Positions 55,591-64,000 of a stretch of DNA of 64,000 nt are shown here, in pieces. This stretch comes from Octopus vulgaris (lineage: Eukaryota), in contig OX597820.1 in NCBI GenBank assembly GCA_951406725.2, forward strand, positions 83,142,001-83,206,000, written 5' to 3'. The position numbers were made by a program, and so were the translations under genes. Positions within the stretch are counted from its first letter, which is position 1. Each line of letters starts with the position of its first letter. The notes beneath the pieces are model-generated. The model was not told where the DNA came from and did not search any database. It was given only the letters and a program-made list of their open reading frames with translations.

Positions 55591-57384
55591 TTGTAGACCA
55601 GGCTTGTACAGTTCTTATAAATTATCTCATTTATAATTGTCCGATTTGCATATTCTATATTAATAGAACAAGGAAATGGTCATTACAGAAATCAATTACG
55701 ATGATGAAATTAAATCATGGTGTGCCCGAACGTGTTTCAGCTCAGTGACTGAAACTAATAAAAGATTAAAAACGAGAAGCATAAGAGATACTGTCGTCAC
55801 AAACAGGATTACTTCAGATTCAATATAAATAAATTTTATTAGGTGTACTAATTCTTCGTTGTAATATCAATTGTATAAACATTGAATTCTTCAATTTTGT
55901 GGTCATAAAAATATGTATAGCACTCCAGGCATTTGCTCGAATAGAACTGAGGCTTGCAAAGGCTGTCACTTTATCAAGTTATGTTTATATTATATCTGAC
56001 AATTTCGACTAATAAACGACATAAATGTGTTCTGTGAAGTATATGAGTTCATATAATTTTCCATTGTGAGTAAATGATTTTCATTATACTATATTCAATG
56101 TCATGCTGAAAGGAGAAGAAAGAGGATCACAGCACCAAAGACGATCCGAATATACTCCAGCTGGGTAGTCTTTTATATTAGACTTTGTGTGGATTAAACA
56201 GATATACTCGATTTTGTCAAGTTAATATATATACTAACATATACATATGAATACATTCATATATACACAGACATAATACATACATACGTGCATACATACA
56301 CACACACATATTTATATACATGCATACACACACACGCATCGCTTACTTGCGTTAGCAAATGCAAACGAACCAGTAAACGTAGGTTTAGCATTCGCTTGAA
56401 CATGGGATAATCACTGAAGAATGGACTGCAGCTGAAAGAGTTATCATGATGTCAGTGAGCGGAGGGGAGGAGGACTTGTGAGCAAAGTTTCTTTTCCCCA
56501 GTGACATGAACCAGAGAATTTCGAATCCGTGGTCTCTATTAAATGAGTCTATGGAACGGGCGATGGTGGTATTAAAATCGCTGATAGATTAATTCTACCA
56601 GCAGATGATGGGAAATTATTTTATCCCATTTGGAAGATTACCATTTGTAGAACTTTAACTCATTCGGCAAAGTGAAATAACTATACACTAAAAATGATTG
56701 TGGTTGGATTTTTACAGTATTTGCCAATCTATAGACCAACATACATATACGTGCACATTGCATATATGTACATAAATATGTAAAAGCGTATATACGTGTG
56801 TGTTATAATCTTATTACTGAGCCAGCTGCGTTGATTTTCCAATATATTCCACAGGCGATATGACAAATGCATTAAGGTCGTGTCTGAATCTCCAACTATT
56901 TTAATGCACTAACAAAGATTTCCTGTGTAATAGTGCAAATAAAAATAAATTATATTTTCTTTCTCAGAGGTGTAGGCGTAACACATATTTCGTGTAAAGA
57001 AAGCAACTATGTAAAGCACTCAACTGTATTCTCAATCATTCAAAATTACTGTTGTAATAATAATTTATTTCGATTCAACCGCCCGCCAAAAAAACAAAAG
57101 CAAAAATTATTATTTTTCATAATGAATGTGATACTGTTAATTTTGTAGGCTATAAGATATTGTACTAATAAAAGAAAGAAATGGAAAAAATTAAAACAGG
57201 ATGACTTGATTTTAGTGTTTATTTTGTAAAAACAATAAATTATAAAATTTAAATTCATCCTGCATTATCCGATGTACATGCTTAAACTTGATGTTATAAA
57301 ATGTCCCCTTCCACATTTCTTCATCTGGCCAAACTTGTTCTCTCCCTCAACTGCTTCTCGTTCGCCGGGGTCTTTTATCAACAT

Positions 57385-58570
57385 GTTCTCGGAAGTGGCC
57401 ACTGGAACGAGAATGGACTCCAGCTATGCGAACCTGTTCGTTGGATACCTTGAGGCCCAAATATTCTCACGATTCACTAATCCCGAACTATACGGTCGTT
57501 ATATCGATGACTGTATCGGTGCAACCGTACGCTCCCGCGAACAACTAAACTTCTTCCTCTCTTTTGTCCAATCCTTCTATCATGCCGTCGAATTCTCCTG
57601 CACTATTTCTAACTCCTCCGTCGCATTTCATGAAATTTCCGTGAGTATACACCACTCCGCTCTCACTACCTCCATCCACTACAAACACACCGACTCACAT
57701 TCCTACCTTAAATTTTCCTCCTCCCACACTATCCACACCAAGCTCTCCACCTCAACTCCCAATTCCTCCGTCTGCGCAGGCTCTGCAATAAAAACCATGA
57801 CTTTGAGACTCAATCTCAAGTCTTGGCTCACCACTTCCTCCCTCGTGGATATCCCCTCACCACTAACCACACTGCTCTTGCCAGAGCATGCTCCGTGGAC
57901 AGTGCTTCTGCGCTTTCGCTCCGCACCCGCCTCCCCGTCTTCCGTTTCCCCTCGTTTGCCAGTCCCTACATTCTACCCCCGCAACACACCATCTCCGAGT
58001 CTTACGGTAACCCTAGTCTGAAAACTCCACCTCGTACATCTTCCCCAAACACTTCACCGCTTCAAACGAGCCCACAACTTGCGTGACCTTCTGGTCTAAA
58101 GTTTCTTCCGCAACCCCACCTACCGGCCTGGCTCAGTACCCTGCTCCCACCCATGCTGCCGTACTTGCCCCTACCTCTCCAACACCACCCTCCTCACCGG
58201 CACCCATCATCGTCCCTATCACATCACCGACTCCTTTCTACTCTTCCCTATACATCGCTCAAACGGGACGCAGCTTAGCTGACCAGTTGGCGGATCACCT
58301 CCGAGACATCCGACACGGCAACGACACCCCGTTCTCGCGCCATTCCCGCTCTACCGGTTATTTACCACAACATTTGTCTGTGTTCGGGCTGTTTTTGCAC
58401 AGGGCCATCAGGACTTCTACCTATACCGTGAGCGGAAATTAATCTTCTATCTTCTCTCCTTTTGCGTCACATGGGCTCAATTCCTCTCCTTTCTTCATCT
58501 GACTTGTCTCTCCGCTCTTCCTCCGACACCCACTTCCTCTCTTCATCTAACATCAAGTTCCTCTTTTCAC
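57385..58570 (+). mobile_element. Degraded Penelope-like element (RT + GIY-YIG remnants)
   Basis: VATGTRMDSSYANLFVGYLE, YGRYIDDCIG, HYKHTDSHSYL, LYIAQTGRSLADQLADHLRDI; frameshifted. Confidence 0.88.
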
Positions 58571-59047
58571 TCCTACCCACCTTCTCTCTTCCTTCATATG
58601 TGTGTCTACATGTGCGTTACTATTGCATGTATGTATGAATTTATGTAGATATACCTGTCTTTATATGCGTGCGCTTGCAAACTTACTGAAGAATATAACA
58701 TTTATTAGATGCATTTTGGGAACGCCAACTTCCAAATCATTTCTCTCTCTCCCTCTCTCTCTCTCGCTATCTATTTTTCTCTTTCTAATTTTCTCTCTCT
58801 CATTATTTTTCTTTCTTCCACTGCTTCTATTTTCTTCTCTTTCTTTCTGTCACCCCTTATTATTCTCTGATTTGTTTTCTTTCGCTTGTAACAAGTTGTA
58901 TATTTAGAAATACACACGGATTATTTTTATGTGTGCATATATACGTACGTGGATACATATGTATGCATTACTGTATACATATGTTTAGCCTGTATTTGTT
59001 TGTATATGTATGTAGGCATGTACCACCGTTTGTATGTTTAGTGTATG

Positions 59048-59111
<64 letters not shown>

Positions 59112-59509
59112 TTTTTGGGTATGTGTATTATTACTAAATGTATATGCTTTTTTAATAATGTTACTCCTTGTAAATGTTATTTTAAATGGACGTGTCTTTT
59201 AATTTAAATTTATCATTTTACCATTAATTAATTTATCCCGAGTATACAGGATTTTTTAATTCTACTAGAGTTAATTTTTGATTTAAGTGTTTCTTCAATT
59301 TTAAATCACATGGTTTTTAATCGTAATTTTTTTATTTCATACAACCGGTTATTTAAAAGACCGTTAGTTGAAAAGGACTAATGAAACGAAACCACTTTCA
59401 AACGTGTATCTATAAACGTAATAGTGTATTTATAAATATAAATATAACCTTATTTTTGTTCCATTCTGAACCCGAACTGTTTTTGTGATGTCTTTGGAGC
59501 TCTATTGAT

Positions 59510-59604
<95 letters not shown>

Positions 59605-59617
59605 ATTTATATATATA

Positions 59618-59654
<37 letters not shown>

Positions 59655-59659
59655 TATAT

Positions 59660-59812
59660 TTTTCTTTCATTTCTTTCAATCATTTGACAGCTAGCATGAT
59701 GGAGCACCGCCTTTAGTCAAGCAAATCGACCCCTGGACTTAACTTTGTAAACCTAGTAATTATTTTATCGGTCTCTTTGGCCTAACCGCTAAGTTACGGG
59801 GACTAAACATAC
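59660..59812 (-). mobile_element. SINE 3' part
   Basis: tcatttgacagctagcatgatggagcaccgcctttagtc...atcgacccc matches 63490-63620. Confidence 0.75.
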
Positions 59813-60376
59813 CATATCAGAAGTCTAGTAATGAGATGAAGAACGTTGATATTCTAATGAAATTATGTTTCAATTCACAAAAAATACTAATTATAATTGT
59901 GAGGCTTATTGTGAGTTTGTTAAAATCTAACTAAGATAAATTTGCGATTGTTTGACGAGGGTAAGATTTGTGCACTTCTATCTACGTGATTTGTACTTTG
60001 AAACATCCTTATTTGGAAAATACTTAAATACTTTTCTAAATTAATTTGCGTATTCTACTGCTAATTAATTTCCGAGATTTAATAACCTACTATTAGAAGT
60101 AAAGATATGGAATATTGCTTCCAAGGATAAATTTCATTTCGAATTCTCAGTACTATTCGGTGACACGCAACAAATAGTTGCCTGTTTAACGTTATATTTA
60201 GTGTCCTTATAATTCAAAGTCTAGATAAACCACTCAAACAGGTATAATATATTTTATCCCTATATTTTGAACGAGGAATGCTGGCTACGTAATTTTTTTA
60301 AAACCAGAAGCTCGTGACCCCATGTGATAATTAAAAATACCATCAGCTGTTATTTTCTGTATCTATAAAAGACATG

Positions 60377-60417
<41 letters not shown>

Positions 60418-60442
60418 ATTGTAATTTATACACGTCCACAAA

Positions 60443-61377
60443 TTAGCACGCATGTCGCTCCAATTTTAGGAGGACATTCGTCAACATCCTATCTGGGGTG
60501 TTTTTGCTTATTTTTTCCCGAGGCACCTGGTGGTAAAAATAGTGGTAAAAAACTATTTTCAGTCATAGCTTTTACCAATTTTGAAGGTTGTAAACATGAG
60601 TTAAGTCCCTTCTAGCCATAGCCAAGCGACAGTGTGTGTGTGAGGGAGAGAGAGAAGTTGTGTGTTGATGTATGTGTGTGTGTGTGTGCGTGTGTGTGAG
60701 GGAGAGAGAGTTTTTCGCAACTTTCAACAAAAATAGTAACGAAAAAGTATGTGTAAGGAAGAGTGGGAGATAGTTTGACAGCGTCTAACCAAAAAAAAAA
60801 TAAGGTAAAGAAAAGTGGAAGAGGCTGAGGGTTTGACAGCGTCTAAACAAAAAAAGGGAAAGGCAAAGTTCAAGACAGAGAGAGAAGGAGAGAGGGAGAG
60901 GGAGAGAGAGAGTAACTGACGACGTTCATAAAAAATATAATGTAAAATGTTTTGTTTTTTCTAAGACATGAGATATAATGTTCAAATTTAAGATGTTTTT
61001 GGAAGATACTATATATTATAATCATAGTATATATATACTTTTTCACACAACAATTACAATATATTTATTTTAAATCGTTCATCTTTCTCCCCCCCCTCTC
61101 TCTTACACAACATTACTTTGGGAGTGAAAGAGTTTTGTTTTTATTTTACACCGAGTAAAAAAGTGTTTTATTGAGAATCTATGTATTTAAAAACAAAGAA
61201 ACAAATAGGTAGGTAACAGTTTGTCAGTGACTTACACAATATAAATGGGTACAATTTCCACACCCCACTCCGATTCACGGACCACAAAAAGGATTTTGTA
61301 GCATATTAGGGGGCCAGAGTAGTTGCTTCCACGTAAAAAAAACATTTTTTTCTTAATGTAAATCATGCGAGTGTTAA
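60443..61377. mobile_element. Possible piggyBac-like non-autonomous element
   Basis: ttag-cacgcatg ... catgcgagtg-ttaa short imperfect TIRs; internal direct repeat gtttgacagcgtctaa (60773, 60831). Confidence 0.3.
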
Positions 61378-61534
61378 TCTACATATTTACCAACATTTGT
61401 TTCATTCATTTCTGTTTATGAACATGTATGCGTGCACAAAACATGCAATAGGTGTACGTACGTACGTATGTGAATGAGTGTTCGTGTGTGTCGTTCATGT
61501 ATATTTATAACATACTATATTATATATATAATAT

Positions 61535-61695
61535 ATTTTTTCTCCTTGTTTCTCGCCTTTCTTTTTTCTGTGTCCCTTTCTGTAGGCTAGAAACGTAAAA
61601 GACTTTTTTTCTATTCTTGAGCGTTATACTAATACATCTGTTTGTTTTGTACATCACCTGTCTTCGCCTTTTGTTTTTTCGTAAACTCTCCTTAT

Positions 61696-61700
<5 letters not shown>
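61535..61700 (+). mobile_element. Family A-related repeat with the hammerhead core deleted
   Basis: ctttctgtaggctagaaacgtaaaag keeps GAAACGTA and stem I cttt/aaag but lacks the CUGANGA box. Confidence 0.55.
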
Positions 61701-61749
<49 letters not shown>

Positions 61750-62409
61750 AATTTCAACGGATTTCGCCCAAATTTGACGTAGATATTACTTAGTTTAGTT
61801 GGAAATAAAGAACTTGATTACCTTAATAATCGTAACTTAATCCCGGGCAAGACCGGGTTATACTGCTAGTACATATATAAAGTAGATTTTCTGAGGCATT
61901 GACTCAAAGTGGACGTACCAATTTGCTCTTGGAGCAAATGTAGTTTGGGCTCAGTTAACCTCCTTTCACAATCCTCCGTAGGTTCTTTGTATGATCCCTA
62001 TCACTCTATGTGGTTAACCAGATCTGGATTATATTAGTGTGCTAATAAGTTACCTGGTATGATTCCAAATCACTATTTCCTTACACACACACAGACGCAC
62101 ACACACAAACACACACAAACACACAGCCACAGGTACGCACACATACACACACACACACGTTAATATAATCTTATGCAAATTTTGAAGCTCTTTCTCAAGC
62201 ATTTCTTCGATTATCGGCCAACCATATGCAACCATAACTTGAGACAGTCACTGGATATACGTATGAAAATCCGAAAATATCCAAAGAGAATATACAAAAA
62301 AATTAAAATCAGAAAATGGATTGAATAGGCTATATTACAAATCACTACAAGTGTTTCAACGGCCTATTGTCAGCGCTCCATTGTTGAATATTAGAAATAC
62401 ATTTTTTAA

Positions 62410-62862
62410 AAATTTTATTTTATTTAGTTTCAGCTCACAAGCCGTGGTCATGCTGGGGCACCGTCATTTGGTGTTGCTACATGATTTTACTTCACGAATG
62501 CTTTTTAGCAAATACCATCAGGTGCATGAGAGAGTTCGATGCAGCTACCCTCATCTGCACCTCCTGCCGTGAAGTTGGTTCATCTGGGACACCTGACAAG
62601 AAGAGATCCAGTTTCATTTTACAGACATCTGCATCCACCCCATGCAGATCTCTTAGGTTCTTCGGGAGGATATTGAAGAGCTGTGGGCCTCGGAAGCCCA
62701 GGCTATCACAGTATCTTGTCCTACATCTTGATGACAAATTTGGAGTCCTTGTCACAATGCAGTAGCGCCCAGTTCTGGCATTTGTGTAACTCTCGATGCC
62801 AAAGTTTGGGACAAGTCCTTCTAGGATCTTCCAGATGTATATTTTGGTATAACTTTCTCGCA
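62410..62862 (-). mobile_element. CR1-like LINE 3' end
   Basis: IYIWKILEGLVPNFG, GPQLFNILPKNLR, KLDLFLSGVPDEP, then a short 3' UTR ending gctgaaactaaataaaataaaat. Confidence 0.75.
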
Positions 62863-63369
62863 AGTATCTATCTATACTTGCAACAAAATTTGTTTTAATC
62901 CCGAATGCCAACATTATGTAATGGGCTATTAGCCCCTTACATAATTCAGGATGAAAACAAATTCACTGCAACACAATTTCTATTCCTCAACAAGTAATGC
63001 TCTATTTAAAATTTTCCCAACGGAGATCAAAGGAAAATATTTCATCACCTTCAAGCGAAACCTGGAAAATTCCTTCAAGGGATACCAGATATCCACCTAT
63101 ACCTGGATACAACTCAGCCAACAACAACTCTCTACATGAGTAGGATATGATACCACAAAGCTTGATTTAGAAATAACTTAACAGATCTAATTTGATGTTG
63201 CTATTAAGTTAGACATGACATGGACCAAACTTTGACTGCAAATATCTTCTGAATATCCATTGAATAAGATTTGAGTATACTCTGATATAAATATATATAT
63301 ATATACATGTATGTATATATGTATGTATATATGTATGTATATATATATATATACTTATATATATATATA

Positions 63370-63427
<58 letters not shown>

Positions 63428-63459
63428 TACACATAAATATATATTTATATATATATATC

Positions 63460-63850
63460 TCTTTTACTCTTTTACTCTTTTACTTGTTTCAATCATTTGA
63501 TTGCGGCCATGCTTGAGCACCGCATTTAGTCGACCAAATCGACCCCAGGAGTTATTCTTTGTAAGCCCACTACTTATTCTATCGGTCTCATTTGCCGAAC
63601 CACTAGGTGACGGGGGCGTAAACACACCAGAATTGGTTGTCAAGCAATGCTAGTGGGACAAACACACAAACACATACACACACATACATATATATATATA
63701 CATATATACAACAGGCTTCTTTCAGTTTCCGTCTACCAAATCCACTCACAAGGCATTGGTCGGCCAGAGGCTATAGCAGAAGACACTTGTCCAAGATGCC
63801 ATGCAGTGGGACTGGACCCGGAACAATGTGGTTGGTTAGCAAGCTACTTC
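63460..63850 (-). mobile_element. Near full-length tRNA-derived SINE
   Basis: Minus-strand head agcttgctaaccaaccacattgttccgggtccagtccc, internal CA tract, 3' ggtgctcaagcatggccgcaatcaaatgattgaaac and a gagtaaaa-repeat tail. Confidence 0.8.
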
Positions 63851-64000
63851 ATTTCATATAATTTGCCATTTAGGCATTTACAAAGAGGGGACAAACAAGG
63901 ACAGACAAATATAAAGAGTGAAGTAGCTTAACACAGTTACAATTTTCGAATGAAATTACGGATAAGATTATAAACAATGAATTTTACGAAGGCAATGTTT

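Noticed and set aside
59368-59401. Hammerhead-like ttgaaaagga CTAATGA aac GAAA ccactttcaa
   Set aside because: Core mutated, no stem II or III.

Overview
AT-rich, microsatellite-saturated animal DNA with no host protein-coding exon I can support. The style of the (TA)n/(GATA)n tracts and the tRNA-derived SINE families suggest an octopus or other coleoid cephalopod (inference). Nearly all ORF-track entries are artefacts of simple repeats. The real content is transposons: Penelope-like elements (PLEs; one young copy with an open RT + GIY-YIG ORF and ~344-bp inverted terminal arms), R4/Dong-like and CR1-like LINE fragments, several Tc1/mariner elements, Helitron pieces and SINEs. The main hidden signal is a dense, diverse set of type I hammerhead ribozyme motifs carried by short PLE-tail or retrozyme-like repeats sitting in (TA)n tracts. 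They include minimal forms with palindromic stem III (dimer type) and covariant cores, with C3-G8, U3-A8 and G3-C8 pairs all present in 64 kb. The window also has many foldback structures and a ~790-bp local sequence copied into a Tc1 element. All structures were read by eye and none was computed; coordinates of degraded elements are approximate.
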